Notes under the pieces: generated by a model
Told to the model about the DNA's origin: nothing
The model's database searches: none
The model's input: the letters and a program-made list of their open reading frames with translations, nothing else
Part shown: piece by piece, positions 27,615 through 35,770 of the stretch
Layout of the letters: each line of letters opens with the position of its first letter
How positions within the stretch are numbered: the stretch's first letter is position 1
Origin: an uncultured Candidatus Entotheonella sp.
GTDB taxonomy: Bacteria > Tectomicrobia > Entotheonellia > Entotheonellales > Entotheonellaceae
DNA length: 64,000 nucleotides
Assembly: GCA_965215335.1 (NCBI GenBank)
Contig: CBDCDA010000001.1
Coordinates: 544,001-608,000, forward strand
Reading direction: 5' to 3'
Translations under genes and position numbers: made by a program

Positions 27615-28775
27615 TTATGCTTGCAGCCCCGTGGCCCCCAGAATGGCGGCAGTGCTGGTGGCAAAGGCACCTCCAAAGCCACTCACCAGCGCTGTGCTCG
27701 CGTCCTTGATTTGACGGCGACCGGCTTGTCCTCTTAGTTGCTGCACCGCCTCGACAATATGCAGCATGCCGTCCAGATGCGCTTGCGACAGATGCCCGCC
27801 GTGCGGGTTTACCGGAAGGTCGCCGTCGGGGCCGAGGGAACCGTCTTCAACGAAGGCCCCCCCCTCCCCCTTCCGGCAAAACCCGAAGTCTTCAATTTGC
27901 ACCAACACGCCGTAGGTGGTGTCGTCGTACAGCAAGGCGATGTCGATGTCTTGTTGGCTCATCTGAGCGGCGCGAAAGACCTGTTGCCCTGCTTGCCGGG
28001 CCGGCGTGGTGGTGGTTGTCACCATATTCGCGCAATACGCAATATGCTCCCTGGAATGGGCCTGCCCGAGCCCCAGAATCGACACCGGAGCCGCCGAGTG
28101 GTCGCGCCCCCAATCCAGTGGTGCTACCACCAGGGCAGCCCCGCCATCGAAGATGTACGCCAGATCGTACTTGCGAAGAGGCGCAATGAGGTAAGGCGAC
28201 CGCTCATAGTCTTCCAGACCAAGAGGCTCCCGGAACCCCGCGTTAGGGTGATGCATGGCATATCGGCGCTGTGCCACGGCGATCATTCCCAACTGTCGCC
28301 CCGTCGTGCCATGCTCAAACATGTGTCGTTGGGCGGCCAGGGCGTGCGGCCCCATGCCCCAAGTGAGCCCGTAACATTCTTCAAAGTCTTCGCAGCCCAT
28401 CCTGATCTTTCCGTGCCGTTCGAAGGCCCAGCTCGTGCGGCGATTCTCTCCGTAAGCACAGAGAACAACGCTGCACAAGCCCGTGCTGATCAGCATGGCC
28501 GCCTGTTCCAGCATTGCAATCGCCGTCGCACCGCCAAGGTTGATGTCAGTGGTAAAACGGGGTTGAATGCCGAGGTGCTTGGCGACGTATTGGCTGTGCA
28601 TGTAAGTGACGTCCATGTCCAGGTTGCGTGTCAATACGCCGTCTATGGCTGACGCCGAAACCCCCGCATCCTGCATGGCAGCACGGCAAGCCTCCAGAGT
28701 CAGACGTAACGCACTCATCCCCCGCAGCCGTCCCACCCGGCTCTCTCCGATGCCCACAATCGCGACCGGCGTCAT
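27615..28775 (-). CDS. SCP2-type thiolase-fold protein
   Basis: AIVGIGE, IDGV, NPHGGHLS, EAVQQLRG.AG.RQ; adjacent DUF35 partner. Confidence 0.88.
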   Translation of the reverse strand: MTPVAIVGIGESRVGRLRGMSALRLTLEACRAAMQDAGVSASAIDGVLTRNLDMDVTYMHSQYVAKHLGIQPRFTTDINLGGATAIAMLEQAAMLISTGLCSVVLCAYGENRRTSWAFERHGKIRMGCEDFEECYGLTWGMGPHALAAQRHMFEHGTTGRQLGMIAVAQRRYAMHHPNAGFREPLGLEDYERSPYLIAPLRKYDLAYIFDGGAALVVAPLDWGRDHSAAPVSILGLGQAHSREHIAYCANMVTTTTTPARQAGQQVFRAAQMSQQDIDIALLYDDTTYGVLVQIEDFGFCRKGEGGAFVEDGSLGPDGDLPVNPHGGHLSQAHLDGMLHIVEAVQQLRGQAGRRQIKDASTALVSGFGGAFATSTAAILGATGLQA

Positions 28776-28826
28776 ACGTCTGCCCGTGCCCTGCTCCCGG
28801 CCACCGCTCTGTACCCGGGGTTTTCG

Positions 28827-29315
28827 CTAACCCTCATACAATTCGCGTCCAAGAATCATTCGCCGGACACCAGTGAAGCCCCCCTTGCTTTCGATAATAT
28901 GGCGGGCTTCATCGGAGAGGCCACGCGCATTCAGGAATGACGCGCAAGAGAGACTGGAATCGTGGAACACGACGCTTTCAACCCAAGCCCACTCCAGACT
29001 GGCGCCCGTAAAGTCGGCGTCGCTTACCGCCGCCGCCTCCAGATGCGCGCTTAACAGCAAACCCTGCCGAAACGACACGCTGTGCAATATCGCTCGGCGA
29101 AAGGAAGCGCCTTGGGCAAAAACCCCTGTCAAGTCGGCCGCGGTCAAATTCGCCTGGTCGAATATGGCGCCCCGCACGTCCGCCGCGCGCAAGTCCGCGC
29201 CCCGCAAGTCAGACCCGTGAAAGTCGGTGAACTGAAGCTGTGCGCCCGCCAGCTTGCGGCCCCGCAAATCGCTGGCCGCAAAGTTCTGCCTCGCCCAATC
29301 GTAGTTTGTCATCAC
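28827..29315 (-). CDS. Pentapeptide repeat protein
   Basis: Tandem A(D/N)L-type repeats (SDLRG ADLRA ADVRG AIFDQ ANLTA ADLTG). Confidence 0.9.
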   Translation of the reverse strand: MMTNYDWARQNFAASDLRGRKLAGAQLQFTDFHGSDLRGADLRAADVRGAIFDQANLTAADLTGVFAQGASFRRAILHSVSFRQGLLLSAHLEAAAVSDADFTGASLEWAWVESVVFHDSSLSCASFLNARGLSDEARHIIESKGGFTGVRRMILGRELYEG

Positions 29316-29421
29316 AACGTACCCGCCACGCCAAGGTTGTCCGCCTCCCGGCGCAATTCGGTGTATCTGCTATACTCGCCATGCGTCAAACGGGAGTCTA
29401 CTCTGGCAATAGGACACGACC

Positions 29422-32067
29422 ATGTTAAAGACGATATTGCACAAGGTTTTTGGCAGCAAAAATGAACGCGAACTGAAACGTCTGCAGCCCATCGTAGAGC
29501 AAATCAACCAACACGAACCGGCCCTCTCCAACTTGACACTCGACGACCTGCGTGGACGCACCAATACCTTCCGGGAACAATTGGCCAACGGAGCCCCGCT
29601 GGACAGTCTGCTGCCTGAAGCCTTTGCCGTCGTGCGGGAAGTCTCCAAACGTCTGCTCAACATGCGTCATTTCGACGTGCAGCTTCTCGGGGGCATGGTG
29701 CTGCACGAGGGCAGCATCGCGGAGATGAAAACGGGTGAAGGCAAAACGCTGGTCGCAACGCTGCCCGTATACCTGAACAGTCTAACAGACCAGGGCGTGC
29801 ACGTGGTGACGGTGAACGATTACCTCGCGCGGCGAGACGCCGAATGGATGGGACCAGTGTACCACGCTCTCGGGCTCTCCGTCGGCGTCATTCAACATGA
29901 CATGGACGACAAGGCGCGGTACAACGCGTACCGAGCAGATGTCACCTACGGCACCAACAATGAGTTCGGCTTCGATTACCTGCGCGACAACATGAAGTTC
30001 AGCCAGAGCGAGTTCGTCCAGAAGCCGTTGCAGTATGCCATCGTTGATGAAGTGGACAGCATCCTTGTCGACGAAGCCCGCACCCCGCTGATCATTTCCG
30101 GCCCTACTGAGGAATCGACTGACAAATACTACCGCATCGACCGCATCATTCCCCGTTTGAAGCAAGACCCCCACTACACGCTCGACGAAAAGACGCGCTC
30201 AGTGGCGCTGACCGAGGAAGGCGTGGCAACCGCCGAGCAACTCCTGGGCGTAGACAATCTCTACGACCCCGGCAATATCGAGACCCTGCACCATCTGAAC
30301 CAAGCCCTCAAGGCCCACGTCCTGTTCAAGCGCGACGTCGACTACGTCGTCAAGGACGGGGAGGTCATTATTGTTGACGAGTTTACCGGTCGGCTCATGC
30401 CCGGGCGGCGCTACAGCGACGGGCTGCACCAGGCACTGGAAGCCAAGGAACGCCAAAAGGTCGCTAATGAAAATCAGACCCTTGCCTCGATTACCTTTCA
30501 GAACTATTTCCGTATGTACGACAAATTGGCCGGCATGACAGGGACAGCCGATACCGAAGCCGCCGAATTTCACACGATCTACAAACTGGACGTCGTCGTC
30601 ATACCGACGAATCGGCAACTGATCCGGCTTGAGTACCCGGACGTCATCTATCGCACCGAGGCCGAGAAACTTCAAGCCGTCAGCGAAGAAATCCAGGCAC
30701 TCCACGACAAGGGGCAGCCTGTCCTGGTAGGAACCATTTCCATCGAGAAGTCGGAAGCGTTGAGCACCTACCTCAAGCGTCGAGGCATTCCGCACAACGT
30801 TCTCAACGCCAAGAACCACGAGCGAGAAGCAGAGATCGTGGCTCAGGCCGGGCGCCAGGGCGCCGTGACCATTTCCACCAATATGGCCGGGCGCGGTACC
30901 GACATTTTATTGGGCGGCAATCCCGAATTTCTGGCGCGCAAAGCCTGCAAACTCGGCGGCAACGATCCGGCGTACCCGGCGCAACTCGACAAAATGCGTT
31001 CGCAGTGCGCCGCGGAGCATGAGGAAGTGGTGGCCTGTGGAGGTCTGCACATTCTGGGGACCGAACGCCACGAGGCCCGCCGCATCGACAACCAGCTGCG
31101 CGGGCGTTCGGGGCGTCAGGGAGATCCGGGATCTTCTCGCTTTTACCTGTCGTTGGAGGATGACCTGCTTCGCATTTTCGGTTCGGAGCGCATCTCCGGC
31201 GTGATGGCCAAGCTGGGCATGAAGGCGGGTGAACCCATCGAGCATCGCATGATCACCCGAGCCATTGAGAACGCCCAGCGCAAGGTCGAAGCCCACAATT
31301 TCGACATCCGCAAGCATCTTCTGGAATATGACGACGTGATGACCAAGCAGCGTGAGGTCATCTACAACCAGCGGCGTGAAGTGCTTGCAACGGACGACAT
31401 GCACGCCCTGGTCATCGAGATGTCCGGCGAGGTGCTGCAGGATATCTTCGACACCCATATCGACCCTGAGGCCTATGCCGATGATTGGGATATCCCAGGC
31501 CTTGTGGACGCCGTGCGCCAGCGCTATGGGATGCAAATGCCGCTGACGCCAGCAAGCCTCGCGGACTTCGGACGTGTGGAGCTTCTCGAGCACCTTCGCG
31601 AGCATCTGGAGGCCAGTTACAAGGCCAAATCAACGGAAGCGGGTGCGGAGGCATTCAGCACTCTGGAGCGCTTCATCATCCTGCAGGTCATCGACAAGCA
31701 CTGGAAGGACCACTTGCTGGCCATGGACCACTTGAAAGAAGGCATTGGCTTGCGGGGTTACGCACAGAAGAATCCCTTGAATGAATACAAGCGTGAAGCA
31801 TTTGAAATGTTTGTTGACATGACGGACCGCATCAAGAATGACGCGATCGAATATCTATTCAAGGTTGAATTGGCAAGCGCCGAGAGTGTGCCGGTCGCTC
31901 ACCAACGACCCCACGCCCCGCGAACCGTCGAACACCGTGGCGCACTGGACAGCGGCGGGGAAGCCGCTGTCACAAAAACCGTACGGCGCCAGGGCGAAAA
32001 GGTGGGACGGAATGCCACCTGTCCGTGCGGCAGCGGCAAGAAATACAAAAGGTGCTGCGGCAGCTGA
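29422..32067 (+). CDS. secA: Protein translocase ATPase SecA
   Basis: [52 protein letters not shown]-terminal [13 protein letters not shown]. Confidence 0.99.
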   Translation: MLKTILHKVFGSKNERELKRLQPIVEQINQHEPALSNLTLDDLRGRTNTFREQLANGAPLDSLLPEAFAVVREVSKRLLNMRHFDVQLLGGMVLHEGSIAEMKTGEGKTLVATLPVYLNSLTDQGVHVVTVNDYLARRDAEWMGPVYHALGLSVGVIQHDMDDKARYNAYRADVTYGTNNEFGFDYLRDNMKFSQSEFVQKPLQYAIVDEVDSILVDEARTPLIISGPTEESTDKYYRIDRIIPRLKQDPHYTLDEKTRSVALTEEGVATAEQLLGVDNLYDPGNIETLHHLNQALKAHVLFKRDVDYVVKDGEVIIVDEFTGRLMPGRRYSDGLHQALEAKERQKVANENQTLASITFQNYFRMYDKLAGMTGTADTEAAEFHTIYKLDVVVIPTNRQLIRLEYPDVIYRTEAEKLQAVSEEIQALHDKGQPVLVGTISIEKSEALSTYLKRRGIPHNVLNAKNHEREAEIVAQAGRQGAVTISTNMAGRGTDILLGGNPEFLARKACKLGGNDPAYPAQLDKMRSQCAAEHEEVVACGGLHILGTERHEARRIDNQLRGRSGRQGDPGSSRFYLSLEDDLLRIFGSERISGVMAKLGMKAGEPIEHRMITRAIENAQRKVEAHNFDIRKHLLEYDDVMTKQREVIYNQRREVLATDDMHALVIEMSGEVLQDIFDTHIDPEAYADDWDIPGLVDAVRQRYGMQMPLTPASLADFGRVELLEHLREHLEASYKAKSTEAGAEAFSTLERFIILQVIDKHWKDHLLAMDHLKEGIGLRGYAQKNPLNEYKREAFEMFVDMTDRIKNDAIEYLFKVELASAESVPVAHQRPHAPRTVEHRGALDSGGEAAVTKTVRRQGEKVGRNATCPCGSGKKYKRCCGS

Positions 32068-32081
32068 GACTCTGGCGCCGC

Positions 32082-32729
32082 CTACTTGTTGTTGCTCACG
32101 TACACCACTTTCCACAGATCGATCTTGTTCAATGAATACTTGTGCTGGATGCTCAACCCTGCATAGTGCACGAGATACTCCAAAGCCAGATCGGAACGCC
32201 AACCGATTTTTTTGCACAACGGGGACAGCCACTTTTCGACCTGCGCAATAAGCTTGTTCTGGCTTTGGAAATGGTTGATGATCACGATCTTCCCGTCAGG
32301 CCTGCTCACCCGCTTGATTTCCGTGACAACCTGAATCGGATCGGGAACCACGCTAATCACAAAGGCGGCGATGACAACGTCAAAGGCGTCATCCGCAAAC
32401 GCCAGTTGTCCAGCATCCATCTCCAGCAGCGTCACGTGATCCAACTGCTCCTGCCGTATCTTCTTCTGAGCCTCTCGCAACATGCTGTTGGAGAGGTCGA
32501 CCCCGGCAACCTGCACATGCCGAGGATACAGGGGCAACGACAGCCCGGTTCCAACGCCCAGGTCCAGCACTCGCTGCCCTTCCTGCAGAGATAACGAACG
32601 GATGACGTGCTGTTGGCGCGGGTAAAACCAGCGCTTGAAGATGAAGTCGTAGACCCGCGAGTAGGCCGCGTAAATTTTCTTGATACTGGATGTTTCCATT
32701 TCCTGTTTCACAGAGTCCACCAAATTCAT
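32082..32729 (-). CDS. Class I SAM methyltransferase, PmtA (phospholipid N-methyltransferase)-like
   Basis: VLDLGVGTGLSL..Y, GVDLS..ML, VISVVPDP, IINHF. Confidence 0.8.
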   Translation of the reverse strand: MNLVDSVKQEMETSSIKKIYAAYSRVYDFIFKRWFYPRQQHVIRSLSLQEGQRVLDLGVGTGLSLPLYPRHVQVAGVDLSNSMLREAQKKIRQEQLDHVTLLEMDAGQLAFADDAFDVVIAAFVISVVPDPIQVVTEIKRVSRPDGKIVIINHFQSQNKLIAQVEKWLSPLCKKIGWRSDLALEYLVHYAGLSIQHKYSLNKIDLWKVVYVSNNK

Positions 32730-32747
32730 CCCTTCCGTGCGAGTGAA

Positions 32748-33839
32748 TCAGATACGACAGCGTTGTCGGGCCGCGTCGATTATCGCCCCTATCAGCTCAG
32801 GATACGACATGCCGGCTGCTTGTGCCGATCGTGGGAACCAGTAACTGGGGTCTATCCCGGCTATTGGATTGAGTTCGAGAACCTGGGGAACCCGGTCGGC
32901 TCCCAATCGCATATCAACACGGCACCAATCCCGGCATTCAAGAGCACGATAAGCTTGCAGGGCCATCCTATGCAAAGCCTCGGCAAGGGCCTGGGGTACA
33001 TCGGCCGGACATGCCGACTTGGTGAGAGAGACGGGCACCTCCAGTTCCACCCCGGCGTCCGTTTGCAGCAGAGCAAACCGCCGGTCCGCGCTGAGCTTGA
33101 CGTCGTCAGCAGGCACAATACGCTTCCCTTGCGCACGAGCCAGCATCCGAATCACAGGATCGTCAGGTTGAAAGAGTGTAATTGCGCGAGGCCCCTTGAA
33201 TAGCACCTCGACAACGGGCAGCGCGCGGGCAGGCGAATTACCAATGATCGGCACCGTAAACTCCCGCCCGGCAACGAATTGCTCAATCAATACGGGCTGA
33301 TTGTAAGTCTCCCCGAGATACCTGACCCGCCTCCTGAGGGCTTCTTCCGTTTCCACGACCGATTCATAAGAAAGCCCCATACTGGAGCCTTCGTGCAGCA
33401 GCTTGACGATCAGCGGATACACCAAGTCATCAGATAAAGGCTCATCCGGACCATGCCATACTTGAAAGGCCGGCGTGGGAATACCATGCCACGACAAAAG
33501 CTCCTTTGTCTTGGCCTTATGCAGACACAGAGCCAGTGACAATGGACCAGACCCTGTGTAGGGAATGCCGAGCATTTCCAGCATTGCGGGAATCTGTACC
33601 TCGCGGTCCTCTCCGCGGATGCCTTCGGCAATGTTGAACACGAGGTCAGCCCCACCCGCGCGCAGCCGCTCGTAGGCCTCTTCATCCGCTTCGATCAGCA
33701 CCACCTCATGGCCATGGCATGCAATGGCATCACGCAAGACATGAATCGTCGGCGTGCAATCCAACTCTGCCGTCTTGTCCAGGGGTTCCTGAAGCAGCAT
33801 GCCCGGCGTGATACCGTTGTATACGAGGGCGATCTTCAG
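32748..33839 (-). CDS. D-Ala-D-Ala ligase-like ATP-grasp enzyme (proposed CTG start at 33839)
   Basis: FNIAEG, GIPYTGS, EGSSMG, GREFTV, CRVD.R, LELNP; upstream in-frame CTG-KIALVYN after a GGAG RBS. Confidence 0.85.
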   Translation of the reverse strand: MKIALVYNGITPGMLLQEPLDKTAELDCTPTIHVLRDAIACHGHEVVLIEADEEAYERLRAGGADLVFNIAEGIRGEDREVQIPAMLEMLGIPYTGSGPLSLALCLHKAKTKELLSWHGIPTPAFQVWHGPDEPLSDDLVYPLIVKLLHEGSSMGLSYESVVETEEALRRRVRYLGETYNQPVLIEQFVAGREFTVPIIGNSPARALPVVEVLFKGPRAITLFQPDDPVIRMLARAQGKRIVPADDVKLSADRRFALLQTDAGVELEVPVSLTKSACPADVPQALAEALHRMALQAYRALECRDWCRVDMRLGADRVPQVLELNPIAGIDPSYWFPRSAQAAGMSYPELIGAIIDAARQRCRI

Positions 33840-34675
33840 GTCGTATCTCCTCGGCGGGCCTCGCGGTCATGAAGACGATCTGCGCATGCTGTCAAGGCGT
33901 CAAACCATTCGCGACCAAATACGTACACCAACTCGTTCCGAAAACTCTCGTAAATGCAAGGCGCACCGGGGATAGGCTCAGTCAGACAACGCTTCTTCGC
34001 GTAACTTTCCGACTCTTCGGTGAAATGCCGTGTCTCCTCGGTATGCACGGTGAGGAAGAACTGCCCCGTGTAGAGCGGGATCAATGCCAGTGGCCAGAAC
34101 CAGCAATCCGTCGGCTTTACTTCCAGATACGATATCCCCGAGTGCGCGGCATAGGCATGGATGGCACACCGCACCTGTCCCTGCATCCCGTCGTGGTGCA
34201 ACGTCCGAAAGATGCACTGGTCACCCCACAACGTGTGCATCTTGGCGAAATCAAGTTCTCGTTCCTCCGACGAATTAGCGCGGGCGGTCTCGGCAAACGC
34301 CTCGCCCCGCACCTCTGCACCCTTTGTTCGCAGCATTTCCTTGACGGCGAACTGCCCTTCCGGGCTCATGTGCGGCACAATACCGTCAAGGTGAGCGGCG
34401 ATACGTTGACGCTCCTCCTGGGAAATGAACACCACAGGACCCCGGCAACAATCTCCGTAGGCCGCCAATTCGTTGTAGAACGTGAAGCCATAATCATCCA
34501 GCTTGTTCGGCAGCGCCTTCAAGGCCAGGCAATGAGCGCCATCGCACGCATAGCGGCGCATCAAGATATTCTCGACGTCAACAACGACATTACCAATCGT
34601 CTCACACGCATGCTGCTTGATGTAATGAATAACGGGGGATTTATCGAAGAAACTTGCCAACTTGCGTCGAAACAT
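33836..34675 (-). CDS. Cysteine-cluster protein (DUF3109/YkgJ-like)
   Basis: C..C..GDCC, CIF, CAIH, KP..C..WP spacing; ATG after GGAGG. Confidence 0.65.
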   Translation of the reverse strand: MFRRKLASFFDKSPVIHYIKQHACETIGNVVVDVENILMRRYACDGAHCLALKALPNKLDDYGFTFYNELAAYGDCCRGPVVFISQEERQRIAAHLDGIVPHMSPEGQFAVKEMLRTKGAEVRGEAFAETARANSSEERELDFAKMHTLWGDQCIFRTLHHDGMQGQVRCAIHAYAAHSGISYLEVKPTDCWFWPLALIPLYTGQFFLTVHTEETRHFTEESESYAKKRCLTEPIPGAPCIYESFRNELVYVFGREWFDALTACADRLHDREARRGDTT

Positions 34676-34727
34676 GCGGCCTCCCTTGCCACAGTTACCT
34701 GCATCAATCGTCTTCAAAGAGACAATG

Positions 34728-35519
34728 TCAGGCGGGCCGCAGGAGGTCATCCATGCCATAAAGACCGGAGCTTTGCCGGACAGTCCACGCCGCGGCCCGC
34801 ACCGCGCCACGGGCAAATGTGTCCCGGCTCTGGGAACGATGGATCAACTCAATTCGCTCGCCGATACCGCCGAACAGCACCGTGTGCTCGCCAACAATGT
34901 CACCGGCCCGCACGGCCTGAATGCCAATGGCCGCATCGGGTCGCTGCCCCACCCTCCCCCGCCGTCCATAAACCGCCGCCTCATCCAGGTTCGTGCCAAG
35001 TGCCTCGGCCATGATGGACGCCATCCGAAGAGCCGTACCGCTGGGCGCGTCAATTTTCGTTCGATGGTGAGCTTCAAGAATCTCAATGTCGTAATCAGGC
35101 CCCAGCAGGGTAACCAGTTGTCGTAAAGCCTGATACATCACGTGCACGCCGACGCTCATGTTGGGAGCCAGAAAACAAGGCACTCTCTGGCTCAGTTGCT
35201 GAATTTCATCGTGCTGGGCAGCCGTAAAACCTGTCGTTCCAATGACCATGGCCCTGCCGAAGTCGCTTGCCATTTTCAGATAGGCAACAGCGGCTTCCGG
35301 CACCGAAAAATCGATCACCACATCCGCCTGCGCCAATATCGGCGCAGCATCGTCCGTGATCTTTATGGCGGTAGCGCCGCCCCCGACGTCACGGCCGACG
35401 GTCGGATGCTGCGGGCGCGTCACGGCGCCGGCGAGGGTGAACTGCGCGTCAGCTCGTGTCATGGCGATCACCCGCTGCCCCATCCTTCCAGTTGCTCCTG
35501 TGACAACGACCCGTATCAA
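34728..35519 (-). CDS. dapB: 4-hydroxy-tetrahydrodipicolinate reductase
   Basis: GATGRMG, IDFS, IGTTG, APNMSVG, EAHHRTKIDAPSGTA, GDIVGEH. Confidence 0.97.
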   Translation of the reverse strand: MIRVVVTGATGRMGQRVIAMTRADAQFTLAGAVTRPQHPTVGRDVGGGATAIKITDDAAPILAQADVVIDFSVPEAAVAYLKMASDFGRAMVIGTTGFTAAQHDEIQQLSQRVPCFLAPNMSVGVHVMYQALRQLVTLLGPDYDIEILEAHHRTKIDAPSGTALRMASIMAEALGTNLDEAAVYGRRGRVGQRPDAAIGIQAVRAGDIVGEHTVLFGGIGERIELIHRSQSRDTFARGAVRAAAWTVRQSSGLYGMDDLLRPA

Positions 35520-35770
35520 CGATTTATCCTCCTAACGCGTTCCCCTTCGAGGTCCTGCGCCCACGGCCACCCACTCAGGCTCCCCGACCCCAGCACCTGG
35601 GCCGTGTTCTGCTTGAGCGGTCTCGGTGGCTTCTTGCGCCCGCAGCCGGTGGTCATCTCGAGCACAAGCAGACTGAACAGCACGAGGCCGCAAACCCATA
35701 AGACCAGCCGTTTCCCGCTCGGCTCCGCGATCACATTCAGTTCTCCGACACCTTGCTGCTCACGGCTCAT
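35516..35770 (-). CDS. Small lipoprotein (YifL/LptM-like)
   Basis: Hydrophobic stretch followed by TGCGRKKPPRP lipobox; overlaps ftsK and dapB. Confidence 0.6.
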   Translation of the reverse strand: MSREQQGVGELNVIAEPSGKRLVLWVCGLVLFSLLVLEMTTGCGRKKPPRPLKQNTAQVLGSGSLSGWPWAQDLEGERVRRINR

